A DNA stretch of 64,000 nucleotides, from NCBI GenBank assembly GCA_964624795.1, contig CAZUZS010000001.1, positions 57,260 to 121,259 of the forward strand, written 5' to 3'. Each line of letters begins with the position of its first letter. Positions within the stretch are counted from its first letter, which is position 1. Below the pieces are notes generated by a model. The model worked only from the letters and a program-made list of their open reading frames with translations, made no database searches and had not been told where the DNA came from. Below, one piece after another: positions 31,073-41,715 of the stretch. Position numbers and translations under genes: made by a program. This DNA is from an uncultured Calditrichaceae bacterium. Lineage in GTDB: Bacteria > Calditrichota > Calditrichia > RBG-13-44-9.

Positions 31073-31122
31073 TCGGCCGCCCCAACCACTTCCGGCCGGT
31101 CTTTCGAACCTTATTTCTTTTG
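31073..31122 (+). terminator. Putative terminator of the efflux operon
   Basis: GC hairpin (cggccg...cggccg) followed by the T-rich 'ctttcgaaccttatttcttttg'. Confidence 0.4.
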
Positions 31123-31418
31123 GGCGGGCTTAGTAGCACACATGATCCCACAATAACAAAGCGTTATTGGTTTAACGTGATTTCGGTTAAGAACACCCTG
31201 ATGTTTAATTGTCATTCCGGCAGGGATTGCCGGAATCCAGAGGATCAGCGAAGAACAAATCCCAATACTGGTGCAGTAGATTCCCGCTAAAGACATGCCC
31301 CGTAGGGGTATACTGGGAATGACATCTGGGAATAGATATTGATTTGGCTTAACAGGAACCTGCATTGCGTCGAACTCACGTTAGTTTACCCCATTGTGCC
31401 AATCAATTTAAGAACATC

Positions 31419-31820
31419 CTAACTCCCGGCTGGCGGAACATTCTCATCCGGCAGCCCCGGTTTCACTTTCAACACAATTTCTTTGCGAATCTGTACCGTG
31501 CCCGGTTTGGCGCCGCGCGGCTTGGTCACATATTTTCCCCGGGTGCAGGAGACCGCAACCGTGCCGCCGCTCCTGGCCTTGCTGTGGTAACCCGCAATTG
31601 CGGCCGCCTGCTTCAGAATATCTTTTTCCGGTTCCCGATCTTCCCCAACCTGCAAAACCACGTGGCTGCCGGGCATTCCGCGAACATGAAACCAATAATC
31701 GTTGGGGCGGGCAACTTTCAGGCTCAACCGGTCGTTATCCGCATCGGTCTTGCCGGCCAGCACGGTCCACCCACCGGGAAGCATATACTCGAAAAATCCG
31801 GAGGCTTCTTTTTTCGCCAT
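31419..31820 (-). CDS. Small NFACT-R (DUF814) domain protein
   Basis: 'NDYWFHVRGMPGSHVVL' is the DUF814 signature. Confidence 0.6.
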   Translation of the reverse strand: MAKKEASGFFEYMLPGGWTVLAGKTDADNDRLSLKVARPNDYWFHVRGMPGSHVVLQVGEDREPEKDILKQAAAIAGYHSKARSGGTVAVSCTRGKYVTKPRGAKPGTVQIRKEIVLKVKPGLPDENVPPAGS

Positions 31821-31823
31821 GCG

Positions 31824-34800
31824 TTATTTCAGGAATTTTTCAATGGAAGGTTCAATAGGCAGGGTAAAATAGAAGTGGCTGCCTTTCTTGAGTTCGCTTT
31901 CCACCCAGATATCGCCGCCATGCAAACTGACAATCTCACGGCAGATAGACAGGCCCAGACCGGTGCCCGCCGATTTGAGAGAGATCTCCGAATCCACCTG
32001 TTCATATTTTTCAAATACATATTTCATTTTTTCGGAGGGAATGCCGGGGCCATTGTCATGGACGCCGATGCGCGCGAACATTTTCTCTTCACCCTTCATG
32101 GTCTTCTGAAAAAAGTCTGTAGTGACCCGTATTTTGCCGCCTTCCGGTGTAAATTTAACAGCATTGCTCAGGAAATTGGTCAACACCTGCTCTATCCGGA
32201 AGCTGTCGAAAAAAAGAAGCGGCAAATTTTCGTTGCGTGCGAATTCCGATGTAATGCTCTTGTTTTTCAACAAAACCTGGTGATTTTCCAGCACCCGCTG
32301 GATCAGACCGTTGATCTCGCTGACTTTCGGATCGACACTGAATTTCCCGACTTCGATCTTGGAGGCCACCAGGAAATTGTCAACCAAGGTGAGAACTTTC
32401 TTGACGTTCTCCTTCGCAATATCCAGCAATTCTTCCTGCTCGCCGTTTATTTCTCCCACCACCCGGGTCCGGATCAATTCGATAAATCCCTGGATAACAT
32501 TCATGGGAGAACGGAGATCGTGCACAATCATGGAATTAAAATCGGCTTTCAAACGTTCCAGTTTTTTCACTACCCGCAAATCGCTCAAAACCAGAAAAAA
32601 ACCTATTTTTTGCCGTTGTTGATAAAAAGGAAACGCAAAAGTGGATACCGGGATTGTCTCGCCGTCGGCGGAAATCACTTCCAGCTCTACATTTTCAATA
32701 TTCTTGCCATCTCTCTCCGAGGCATCCATAATGCTTTTGGCGATATCCTGCAGATTGTCCTGGCTGTCCCTGGCGAAGAAATTTGAGATCGGTCTTTTGA
32801 TCAGGGCTTTTTTATTGCGGCCGACCAGTGCCTCAAACGCAGGATTCAAATAAACGATATTGCTGTCCGGGGAACAAGTTACCAATGCCAATGTCATCGT
32901 TTCCGCCAGCGAGCGATAGCGTTCTTCCGAGGCCAACAGATTTTCGTACAGCATTGAATTTTCTACCGCTACCGCAGCCTGGTTGGCGAAATATTCCAGA
33001 GAGGTAATCTTGTCTTCATTCGGTTTCATTCGATCCACCGGATCGCGCACCACCAGAAAACCAAGCTTCTTTTTCCCGGTTTCGATGGGAACCGACAATA
33101 GATCCTGATCGTGCCAACCGGTGGCTACCTCGTCCAGGAACCCGGTTCCGTTTCCATTCTCGCTCAGCGGGAAGGAATCATAAAAGAAGGAGTTCCTGAT
33201 CTTTTTGCAGTTCAGCAAAAATTTCTCAAATTTCTCGAACCCCACATTGTTCAGAATATCCAGCGGCTCGCTTACTTTTTTATCGAACCCGATCTTGCCA
33301 ATCGGCTCGTAGAATTTCCGGAAGTTTTCGCCGCGCAGGACAACCACATCGTTCCAGCCCAATGTCCGGCGGACACTTCTCATAATGCGGGCCAGAATAT
33401 CCTCAAGATTCAGGTCGAGTTTTATCTCATTCCCCAATTCAAAAATCCGGGAAAGCTGTTTCAACTTAAGATTGGCTTCTTTAACGACGAATGTATCTTC
33501 GAGCACCTTGCTGATCTTGTCCATAAGCCCCGCAACCCGCTCCATTTCCCATGCTCCAAAACCGGGTTCGCTCCCTCCGCGGTTTGCGATAAAGACACCC
33601 ATCTCTTCATTTTGGATTCTGACGGGTGCCACAAGCAGATGATGGTAACCCAGGCCCTGAAATATTTTCACGGTTGCTTCTGAAAAATGCGAATTCCCGT
33701 CAACATTTTCCAGCAGCGAAAGCTTATTATTTGAGATAAGCTGATTGAGTTCCTTGTCGTTCGTCCAGAAAAGCATGTTTTTTTCCAGCGATCGCCAGTT
33801 GGCTTTATTCTCACTGGCATAACTGAATTTTGGAAAAAGGAAACCGAATCCGCGATTAATCTGCCAGAAAATTGTATTATCGCCCCTGGAAACTTCATTT
33901 ATTTGCCTGCACGAGAGTTGTATCAGCGAATCTTCCGAAAAGCGATTATAGATCAACTGTTCGGCGAATTCATCCAAACCGGGCCGGCCTTTTTCCTGCC
34001 AAATCAACCCGTGGATTTTTTTCGCCAACTGGCCGCTGATATCGGTCAGCAGTTCCCAGACATATTTCGAAGTATCGGCCAGGCTCATGCTGCCAAGAAT
34101 AATACCGCCAATCGGAACCTTCTGAACCAGAAGGGGGAAAAAATGCAATTGCTTTATTCCCCAGCCCCACTCCCCAAGTTTCCGGAATAGCTGCGGGTCT
34201 TCCGAAATCTTCACGTGGAAACTCTCCTGCTTTTTCAGCCAGATTTCCGCCAACTTTTCAAGATTCGGAGTAAGCACGGCAATATTCCTGCGGTGCGGCG
34301 GGACAAATTGCTTGAATTCGTTTACTTTCCGTAATTCCGGATCGGCGGTAAAAATTGCCCAGTAGTCATAAGGCAAAATTTTTGGCAGGTAGTTCGTCAG
34401 TCGCTCGAATATGGAGCCAACCGTCTTTTCTTCATTAATAATGATCGAGCAGGTCAGCAGATTTTCAATTAATTCACGATCGGTTTTGAGTGACAGATCA
34501 CTCTTTTCCTCCTTTAAGAGCGTCTTCAAATTATGGGCAATGATCTCCGGTTTGGTGCCCTCAGAGAATACCATGGATCTCTTAAGATCAACGAATTCCT
34601 CAACTTGCTGGATTGTGATTCCCGAAGAAAGGATCAGCACCATCCAGGTATTTTTTAGCTGCCCGGTCTTAAAGAGCTCGGCGCCCATTTTGCTCGCCAG
34701 GATCCCCCGGTCGACATGGGTCACAACGATCTGGGGATTAATCCGTTGGATAAACTGGTGAATTTCCATCAGGTTGGGAAAATAGAACATTTCCACATCC

Positions 34801-34886
34801 TGGTACAGCATATTTTTTTGCAGGTAGGAAAAAAGGTGCCGGTCCGGCATGTTGATAATCAATTTGATATTCGTTTTTGCTGTCAT
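31824..34886 (-). CDS. Large multi-sensor histidine kinase (pseudo-receiver/GAF-like regions, PAS, HisKA, HATPase_c)
   Basis: H-box 'MIVHDLRSPMNVI'; ATPase region 'HDNGPGIP...GTGLGLSICREIV'; PAS-like 'YRSLAETMTLALVTCSPD'. Confidence 0.8.
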   Translation of the reverse strand: MTAKTNIKLIINMPDRHLFSYLQKNMLYQDVEMFYFPNLMEIHQFIQRINPQIVVTHVDRGILASKMGAELFKTGQLKNTWMVLILSSGITIQQVEEFVDLKRSMVFSEGTKPEIIAHNLKTLLKEEKSDLSLKTDRELIENLLTCSIIINEEKTVGSIFERLTNYLPKILPYDYWAIFTADPELRKVNEFKQFVPPHRRNIAVLTPNLEKLAEIWLKKQESFHVKISEDPQLFRKLGEWGWGIKQLHFFPLLVQKVPIGGIILGSMSLADTSKYVWELLTDISGQLAKKIHGLIWQEKGRPGLDEFAEQLIYNRFSEDSLIQLSCRQINEVSRGDNTIFWQINRGFGFLFPKFSYASENKANWRSLEKNMLFWTNDKELNQLISNNKLSLLENVDGNSHFSEATVKIFQGLGYHHLLVAPVRIQNEEMGVFIANRGGSEPGFGAWEMERVAGLMDKISKVLEDTFVVKEANLKLKQLSRIFELGNEIKLDLNLEDILARIMRSVRRTLGWNDVVVLRGENFRKFYEPIGKIGFDKKVSEPLDILNNVGFEKFEKFLLNCKKIRNSFFYDSFPLSENGNGTGFLDEVATGWHDQDLLSVPIETGKKKLGFLVVRDPVDRMKPNEDKITSLEYFANQAAVAVENSMLYENLLASEERYRSLAETMTLALVTCSPDSNIVYLNPAFEALVGRNKKALIKRPISNFFARDSQDNLQDIAKSIMDASERDGKNIENVELEVISADGETIPVSTFAFPFYQQRQKIGFFLVLSDLRVVKKLERLKADFNSMIVHDLRSPMNVIQGFIELIRTRVVGEINGEQEELLDIAKENVKKVLTLVDNFLVASKIEVGKFSVDPKVSEINGLIQRVLENHQVLLKNKSITSEFARNENLPLLFFDSFRIEQVLTNFLSNAVKFTPEGGKIRVTTDFFQKTMKGEEKMFARIGVHDNGPGIPSEKMKYVFEKYEQVDSEISLKSAGTGLGLSICREIVSLHGGDIWVESELKKGSHFYFTLPIEPSIEKFLK

Positions 34887-34944
34887 AACCTCTCTGAAGG
34901 ATTCCGGTTTATTGAACGAGCTGATGCATTAGTTACCATAAGAA

Positions 34945-35709
34945 TCAGATATTTAGTTTATAAATTCGGTACAAGCCGTCCAATACCAGGTAAGGGAAGT
35001 CCGACTCAATAACGTTAGTGTGAGGCCTGATCAACCGTGCCAGCCCACCGGTGGCAACTACCCGGGGTTTTTCTCCCAATTCACCGGTCACCATTTCCAA
35101 TAAGCCCTCAATCATTTTGACCGTACCCAGCATAATCCCGGATTGCATACTCTGGTTGGTGTCACGTCCGATGGCATGTTCCGGGAATTCCAGGGAAATC
35201 TTGGGAAGCATGGCTGCCCGCCGATGAAGCGCCCAGGCGGTGGTCTCCACACCGGGGCAAATGATTCCGCCTAAGTACTCCCCGCTTCCATTCACTACAT
35301 CAAAGGTAGTTGCAGTACCGAAATCGATTACAACCGCAGCCTGTTTGAACCTGGAATATGCGGCTACCGCATTGCAGATTCGGTCCGGCCCAACCGCCGC
35401 CGGATCGGAATATAAAATCTTTATTCCCAGGTTTAAAGTGTGATCCACCACAAGCGGCTTGATATTCAAATATTTTTCACACATCTTTTCGAAAGTGCTG
35501 GTGATGTTGGGGACTACCGATGAAAGCGCCACGCCTTCTAAATTCTCATGTTCCGGATTTTCCTGATCCAGGAAGTGCCGGACAAACAGCATGAACTCAT
35601 CTTCCGTGCGGTCCACACCGGTGGCGATTCGCCAGCTCTTTCGCAACTCCCCATCTTTAAAGATTCCAATTTCGATGTGGGTGTTTCCGATGTCAACAGT
35701 TAAGATCAT
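34945..35709 (-). CDS. coaX: Type III pantothenate kinase
   Basis: 'MILTVDIGNTHIEIGIF'. Confidence 0.85.
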   Translation of the reverse strand: MILTVDIGNTHIEIGIFKDGELRKSWRIATGVDRTEDEFMLFVRHFLDQENPEHENLEGVALSSVVPNITSTFEKMCEKYLNIKPLVVDHTLNLGIKILYSDPAAVGPDRICNAVAAYSRFKQAAVVIDFGTATTFDVVNGSGEYLGGIICPGVETTAWALHRRAAMLPKISLEFPEHAIGRDTNQSMQSGIMLGTVKMIEGLLEMVTGELGEKPRVVATGGLARLIRPHTNVIESDFPYLVLDGLYRIYKLNI

Positions 35710-36542
35710 GGATTCTCCTGGTTCGGTACTTCCCAAACATCTCCGGTTGTAATTTCTTTTTCACCTGTTTCGGTTTTCAACAAAAGATACCCAAACTCAT
35801 TAATCCCCTGAAGAATCCCCCCCACCGTATTGTCCATTAATTTAATGCAAACTTGCTGGTTTTTGTAGAGCATTTTCGCGCTGTATTTGGTAATTATTTC
35901 CCTGAAATCAGTCCGGATAGCATTGAGGATTTTATTATGAAAATGCTTTAAGAAATCGGCCAAAAACTCCTCGCGTCCCCATTCCACGCCGGTAGCAATA
36001 CGGAGCGAAACCGCTGTCCCCCCCAACTTCTGGTGAAAATCCGCCGGAGTCTGATTGATATTCATTCCAATCCCAATCACCAAATATTTTAGCCGGTTGT
36101 TTTCAGTACCGCTTTCTAAAAGAAGGCCGCAGATCTTGCGATCGTTTATCCATACATCGTTCGGCCATTTAAGGTTCACCCGGGCCTCGCGGCAGACGCC
36201 GCATTCCTCGATTTTCAACTCCAAAAAATCGGCAATTGCAAGCGCAGCAGCCAGGTTAAGCAGGTTGATTTTTGCGAAATCAGTCTCCGGCCGGAGAATC
36301 ACCGAAAACCACAGGCCAAGCCCGGCAGGACTTTCCCACCGCCTCAGGTAACGCCCGCGTCCGGCGGTTTGCTCGTCCGCGATCACTACAGTCCATGCCG
36401 GGGCACCCGATTTTGCCAATCTAACCGCTTCTTCATTCGTACTGCCAACTATGGGCAAATAGGAGAGACCGTACGAATGTTCTGCGCCGAGCCTATTTTG
36501 CAAAAAAGTAATATCCATAATATCTTGCATCTTTATGAACAA
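35706..36542 (-). CDS. birA: Biotin--[acetyl-CoA-carboxylase] ligase
   Basis: 'QTAGRGRYLRRWESPAGLGLWFS' (GRGRxGRxW motif); 4-bp overlap with coaX. Confidence 0.8.
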   Translation of the reverse strand: MFIKMQDIMDITFLQNRLGAEHSYGLSYLPIVGSTNEEAVRLAKSGAPAWTVVIADEQTAGRGRYLRRWESPAGLGLWFSVILRPETDFAKINLLNLAAALAIADFLELKIEECGVCREARVNLKWPNDVWINDRKICGLLLESGTENNRLKYLVIGIGMNINQTPADFHQKLGGTAVSLRIATGVEWGREEFLADFLKHFHNKILNAIRTDFREIITKYSAKMLYKNQQVCIKLMDNTVGGILQGINEFGYLLLKTETGEKEITTGDVWEVPNQENP

Positions 36543-36723
36543 ATATAAAAATTCTCAAATCAAACATCAAACCTAATTTTAAGGAATCCGGAGGCGTTCA
36601 AATAAATATTCATTTTTCAAGATTCGAGCAACCACAATGAACACCTATTTTCTGCGGCGCCTCCTGCCACTGCCCGGAATTTTTGAATTCAGGAAATTAC
36701 AGAACGAAATTGCGGATTTGAAC

Positions 36724-38367
36724 CTATTCCTGGTATTCACCCCAAACCTTACGCAAAACGTTGGAGATTTCTCCCACCGTCGCATAATGTTCGACGCAGT
36801 CAATAATATGCGGCATCAGGTTTTTAGCACCGCCAGCCGCCTTTTCCAGTCTCTGCAGCGAGGCGGAAACTTGCGCGGCGTCCCGGGAAGCCCGCAACTG
36901 GCGGAGGCGTTCCACCTGCCGGGCAACCAGCTTTTCGTCAATCCGCAGCAGTTCTGGGGACGTTTCGTTTTCCAGCCGGAACTCGTTTACGCCCACCACT
37001 ATATTTTCTTCTTTCTCCAGTCCTTGTTGGTATTGGTAAGCGCTTTGCGCAATTTCATTCTGAAAATATTTATTTTTCACCGCCTGAACAGCACCTCCCA
37101 TTTTGTCGATCACTTCAATATACTCGAATGCCTTTCTTTCGATTTCATCAGTTAGATGCTCGATGAGGTAAGATCCTCCCAGCGGATCAACCGAATCGGC
37201 CACGCCGCTTTCGTGGGCCAGAATTTGCTGGGTCCGGATGGCAATGCGCGCCGATTCCTCAGTTGGCAGGCTAAGCGCCTCGTCACGTGAATTGGTGTGC
37301 AGCGACTGGGTTCCCCCAAGCACCGCAGCCAAAGCCTGGATGGTGGTACGAACCACGTTATTATCGGGCTGCTGGGCAGTAAGTGTGCTGCCGGCGGTCT
37401 GGGTATGGAAACGAAGCATGAGGCTGCGGGGGTGCTGCGCGCCGAAACGTTCCTTCATTATTTTGGCCCACATGCGGCGGGCAGCGCGAAACTTGGCGAC
37501 CTCCTCCAGCAGGTTGTTGTGGCTGTTGAAAAAAAAGGACAGGCGTCCGGCAAAATCGTCCACATCCAGACCGGCATCGATGGCAGCCTGCACGTAGGCG
37601 ATGGCATCTGCAAAGGTGAACGCGATTTCCTGCACGGCAGTGGAACCCGCTTCGCGAATGTGGTAGCCGCTAATGGAGATGGTATTCCAGCGCGGCAGAT
37701 TTTCGGCGCAGTATTTGAAAACATCGGTAATGAGGCGCATGGAAGGCTCCGGTGGGAAAATATAAGTACCGCGCGCAAAATACTCCTTTAAAATATCGTT
37801 CTGGATCGTGCCGGAGATTTTTCTCAGATCGGCGCCCTGTTTCTTCGCAATGGCAATATACAGGGCCAGCAGGATGCTTGCTGTGGCGTTGATGGTCATT
37901 GAAGTTGTCACTTTATGCAACGGGATCCGGTCGAACAAAATTTCCATATCCTGCAAGGAATCGATGGCGACTCCTACTTTGCCTACCTCCCCTTCCGCCA
38001 TGGGATCGTCGGAATCGTAGCCGATCTGCGTAGGCAGGTCGAATGCTACCGACAGCCCGGTTGTACCGCTGTCCAGCAGGTAGCGGTAGCGGCGGTTCGA
38101 TTCTTCCGCGGTCCCGAAACCCGCGTACTGGCGCATGGTCCAGAAACGGCCGCGATACATGGTGGGCTGCACGCCGCGGGTAAAGGGGAATTGGCCGGGA
38201 AATCCCAGTTTTGTATCGTAGTCAAACTTGGGATCGGGCAGGTAAACGCGGTCGATCCGAATATTCGAGCTGGTCTCAAACTGATTCTTTCGCTCCGGAA
38301 TACGGCTTAGTACTTTGTTGACAATCTCTTCTTCCCACTGCTTTTTTTTCTCCGGCAGAGAATCCAT
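36724..38367 (-). CDS. Methylmalonyl-CoA mutase family large (catalytic) subunit without a B12-binding domain
   Basis: '[32 protein letters not shown]' is the MCM TIM-barrel signature. 547 aa with no C-terminal cobalamin domain. Confidence 0.85.
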   Translation of the reverse strand: MDSLPEKKKQWEEEIVNKVLSRIPERKNQFETSSNIRIDRVYLPDPKFDYDTKLGFPGQFPFTRGVQPTMYRGRFWTMRQYAGFGTAEESNRRYRYLLDSGTTGLSVAFDLPTQIGYDSDDPMAEGEVGKVGVAIDSLQDMEILFDRIPLHKVTTSMTINATASILLALYIAIAKKQGADLRKISGTIQNDILKEYFARGTYIFPPEPSMRLITDVFKYCAENLPRWNTISISGYHIREAGSTAVQEIAFTFADAIAYVQAAIDAGLDVDDFAGRLSFFFNSHNNLLEEVAKFRAARRMWAKIMKERFGAQHPRSLMLRFHTQTAGSTLTAQQPDNNVVRTTIQALAAVLGGTQSLHTNSRDEALSLPTEESARIAIRTQQILAHESGVADSVDPLGGSYLIEHLTDEIERKAFEYIEVIDKMGGAVQAVKNKYFQNEIAQSAYQYQQGLEKEENIVVGVNEFRLENETSPELLRIDEKLVARQVERLRQLRASRDAAQVSASLQRLEKAAGGAKNLMPHIIDCVEHYATVGEISNVLRKVWGEYQE

Positions 38368-38697
38368 CGTCTTTTCCTCCTTTTGCTGTGCAGAGGAAAA
38401 ATATAAACAGATTACTAAACTTTATCAAATTAAATATGTTAGCGCAAGAAGAGCCCCGTTTCCCGACGAAGAACACGTCTTTCTATAACATAATTGTAAG
38501 AAAAATCATAAACTTATTCATTTGGCAACAGGATACTTTGGGAGCAGGGGGAACAACAGCCATCGATGCGGGCGCAGGGATTGAAACCAAAACATTCAAA
38601 ATCCACGGTTGATTTGTAATTTAATCGCTGCGAGAGGGCATCAAGCATTTGAAAATTTGAATGCCTTTATTCGAGGAAACAATTTATCGTTACTTAG

Positions 38698-38771
38698 TGC
38701 GCCTGCCAGGAGTCGAACCCGGAACCTCCTGATCCGTAGTCAGGCGTTCTGTCCAATTGAACTACAGGCGC
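38698..38771 (-). tRNA. tRNA-Arg (anticodon ACG)
   Basis: Reverse complement folds as a cloverleaf: acceptor GCGCCTG/CAGGCGC, D-arm GTTC..GAAC, anticodon stem CCTGA/TCAGG with loop CTACGGA, T-arm CCGGG-TTCGACT-CCTGG. No encoded CCA. Confidence 0.85.
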
Positions 38772-38958
38772 ATTTGCATCAATACTTTGTGCCCCAACTC
38801 TCTCATAATTGGGAGCCAAAATTTAAATGACATCATTCCGCAAATCAACCCAATTTTTAATATCGCCATTCTTTTTTCCGCTCGTAACCGGAAATAACGT
38901 TGATGCAAATCGGGCGGTGTGAAAACATGTTAATTTTGATTTTCAGGGCATCGCGCCA

Positions 38959-40311
38959 ATGGCTATATTTAAAGCCGGTTGGATGAAAGTAAGTCCGGGC
39001 ACTTTTTGTGGCAACTATTCTTCAATAGGTAGTTTGTTGAATGCAGAGTACAAACAATTCTTGTGGGGGGCAGCAACCTCCGCATTCCAGGTAGAGGGAA
39101 GTCTGGAAAACGACATGACCGAATGGGAACGCCAGGGCCGGTTTTCCGGAAACGGCAAAGACCTGAGTTATGCAGAAGCCGCCGGGCATTGGCAAAAATG
39201 GCAGGAGGATTTTGCCCTCCTGAAAACGCTTGATCTCAACGCCTACCGTTTTTCCATGGATTGGGGAAGAGTTGAGCCGCAGCCGGGCCAGTTTGACGAG
39301 CATGCACTGGATCAATACAGCCGGATGGTCGACCGGCTGCTGGAGCTGGGAATTGAGCCAATGCTGACCCTTCATCATTTTACCCACCCAAAGTGGTTCC
39401 ATGAAAAATCTCCCTGGCACCGGGAAGAATCAGTCGAAAGGTTTGCCGTTTTCTCCAGGAAAATAAGCAAAGGATTTTCAGACCGCATCTCGCTTTTTAT
39501 CACATTCAATGAGCCGCTGGTTTGGCTGCTGGCAGCTTATGGCGAGGGCAAATTCCCGCCCGGCGAAAAAGACCTGCAACTTCTGGTAGACGCCCTGCAA
39601 AATATCCTGAAAGCGCACGTCATCGCGTACGATATTTTGAAAACCGCCAATCCGCAGGCGCAGGTGGGCATCGCCAAGAACCTGATCGTTTTTAATCCGC
39701 AGCGCTCGTGGCACCTCCTGGACCGCGGCCTCACATTCAAGATCCACAATTTTTACAACACCATGCTGCTCAACGCCTTTGAAAGGAACCGCCTGTATTT
39801 CAAATTTCCATTTCTGTTGAATATTGATTTCCGGATGCCGCTATCCGACAAGCTGGATTTCTGGGGCATCAATTATTATTACCGCTTGCACATCCGCTTC
39901 CGGCCGCACCTGGCTGCGCCATTCTCTATGAGCTTTTTACCGCGCTCCGGCGAGGGGGTCTCCGACCTGGGATGGGAAATTTACGCAAAGGGATTGTGGC
40001 AGGTCATGAGCTGGATAAGGAAGACCGGGAAGCCCTTCTATATCACCGAAAACGGGATCGCCGACAAGCAGGATTCCCACCGCGCCGCATTTCTCAAGGC
40101 GCATCTGAAATACGTTAAAAAGGCACTGGAAAAAAATCTTCCCCTCCGCGGTTATTTTCACTGGTCGCTGCTGGATAACTACGAATGGCTGGAAGGAAAA
40201 TCAGCCTGTTTCGGGCTTTACAGGGTAGACTATGAAAACGGGCTGCACCGTTCGATTCGGAAAAGCGGGGAATATTTCCGCGATTATATCGCCGCCAATT
40301 CTTCCGAATGA
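38959..40311 (+). CDS. Glycoside hydrolase family 1 (beta-glucosidase-like)
   Basis: 'FLWGAATSAFQVEGS' and nucleophile motif 'YITENG'. Confidence 0.85.
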   Translation: MAIFKAGWMKVSPGTFCGNYSSIGSLLNAEYKQFLWGAATSAFQVEGSLENDMTEWERQGRFSGNGKDLSYAEAAGHWQKWQEDFALLKTLDLNAYRFSMDWGRVEPQPGQFDEHALDQYSRMVDRLLELGIEPMLTLHHFTHPKWFHEKSPWHREESVERFAVFSRKISKGFSDRISLFITFNEPLVWLLAAYGEGKFPPGEKDLQLLVDALQNILKAHVIAYDILKTANPQAQVGIAKNLIVFNPQRSWHLLDRGLTFKIHNFYNTMLLNAFERNRLYFKFPFLLNIDFRMPLSDKLDFWGINYYYRLHIRFRPHLAAPFSMSFLPRSGEGVSDLGWEIYAKGLWQVMSWIRKTGKPFYITENGIADKQDSHRAAFLKAHLKYVKKALEKNLPLRGYFHWSLLDNYEWLEGKSACFGLYRVDYENGLHRSIRKSGEYFRDYIAANSSE

Positions 40312-40556
40312 ACCGCCCGGAAGCTGCAATTTTCCCTTAGAATCCCAACAATATTTTACATCAGGCCGGTCACACATTCTGCAACAGAAACTAATCCTCA
40401 CCGTTTGCAGGATCGCATAACTGCAGTTTCTAAATTGTCAGGATTACCCCTGCTCTTGACCATTACTCCGTTTTCTTAACAAATTTTTAATATAGCTTTA
40501 ATAAAATCTTTAAACAGGCGTGCGATATTCCCACTGAATTTTACAGTGGAGTTTGT

Positions 40557-41714
40557 TTGGAGACTATTATAGATATTGTATTTGCAGCGGCGCTTGGCAT
40601 TTCGGTTCTCTACACGTTGCTGGCATTTCTTAATATTTTGTTTGAGTTAAAATCTGCAGGTGCAAGGCCACCCGGTGCGACTGTTTCGCTACACCCGGTT
40701 TCCATTCTCAAACCGATTAAGGGTGTGGATAATCAGCTGGATGCTAATCTTGAGACATTCTTCCAACTGGATTACCCGGAATATGAGATTCTTTTTGGCA
40801 TTAATGAACCGGACGATCCGGCTATTCCGATTATTCAACGCCTGCAAAAAGAATATCCCGGGACGGCTACGAAGTTGATTGTCGATACTCGCAGAACGGG
40901 CCTGAACCCGAAAATCAACAATCTCGCAAATATCTATCCCCACGCCCGCCACGATTTTTTGCTAATCAGCGACAGCAACGTCCGGGTGAAAAAGAATTAT
41001 CTGAAAGACCTCATCTCGCATTTTTCCGACCCCAAAATGGGGCTGGTTACCTCGACCATTCGTGGCATCGGCGCCCGCAACCTGGGCTCAAGATTAGAGA
41101 ATCTGCATCTGAACGCCCACATTGCGCCGGCGGTCTTTTTCGCACGGCAATTTTTTTCAATTCCCATCGCCATCGGAAAATCATTTCTATTCAAAAGAGA
41201 AACGCTGGAAGAGATTGGCGGATTCTGGAGATTCCGGAACGTACTGGCGGAAGACCATCGCATGGGAGAAGAAATCGGCAAATTGGGGCTGAAGATCCGG
41301 ACCACCCCCGAGTGGATTGACAATGTAAACCAAACCTGGAGCCTGCGGCAGTTTCTGAACCGCCACATCCGTTGGGCAAAGATGCGAAAGAGCGTCAGCG
41401 AGTTGAATTATTTAGTGGAAGTCTTCTCCAATCCGGTTGCCATTGGCGCGGTTTATGCCGTTGTCAGGCATTCTCCCGATGGCCTGGTCACTTTTGGTGC
41501 AATTATTATTTTTAAAACTGCCATCGACTTTGCAATCAACAGGCTAATGAAATCGGATTTGAAGTGGTATCACCACTTTCTGGCACCTGTAAAAGATATT
41601 TTAATCGGTATTGTCTGGTACACCCCATATCTCAACCGAAAAATCAATTGGCGGGGCAACCAGTTTATAATTCAAAAAAATACAGATATTTTACCATCAA
41701 CGAAAGGAGCTTAA
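40557..41714 (+). CDS. Membrane glycosyltransferase of the GT2/GT21 ceramide-glucosyltransferase/HpnI-like type
   Basis: 'ILKPIKGVDNQLDANLETFFQLDYPEYEILFG', 'GLNPKINNL', 'ISDSNV' and a 'HIRWAKMR' (QxxRW-like) motif. Confidence 0.65.
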   Translation: METIIDIVFAAALGISVLYTLLAFLNILFELKSAGARPPGATVSLHPVSILKPIKGVDNQLDANLETFFQLDYPEYEILFGINEPDDPAIPIIQRLQKEYPGTATKLIVDTRRTGLNPKINNLANIYPHARHDFLLISDSNVRVKKNYLKDLISHFSDPKMGLVTSTIRGIGARNLGSRLENLHLNAHIAPAVFFARQFFSIPIAIGKSFLFKRETLEEIGGFWRFRNVLAEDHRMGEEIGKLGLKIRTTPEWIDNVNQTWSLRQFLNRHIRWAKMRKSVSELNYLVEVFSNPVAIGAVYAVVRHSPDGLVTFGAIIIFKTAIDFAINRLMKSDLKWYHHFLAPVKDILIGIVWYTPYLNRKINWRGNQFIIQKNTDILPSTKGA

Positions 41715-41715
41715 G

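Noticed and set aside
31111-31365. 84-aa Cys-rich ORF in the RND/DUF814 convergent gap
   Set aside because: It overlaps the nested inverted repeats and has no start context or domain; it is more likely a non-coding repeat region.
31365-32786. 473-aa plus-strand ORF
   Set aside because: It is entirely antisense to the well-supported DUF814 and histidine-kinase genes, has low-complexity composition and no recognisable domain, and is most likely a shadow ORF.
38368-38697. Cobalamin riboswitch upstream of the mutase gene
   Set aside because: Neither strand shows a B12-box (GCCACTG-like) or the conserved AdoCbl aptamer features by eye; this needs an Infernal scan for certainty.
38698-38771. Genomic island integrated at tRNA-Arg
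   Set aside because: There is no integrase or recombinase, no duplicated tRNA 3'-end direct repeat, and the flanking genes are metabolic.
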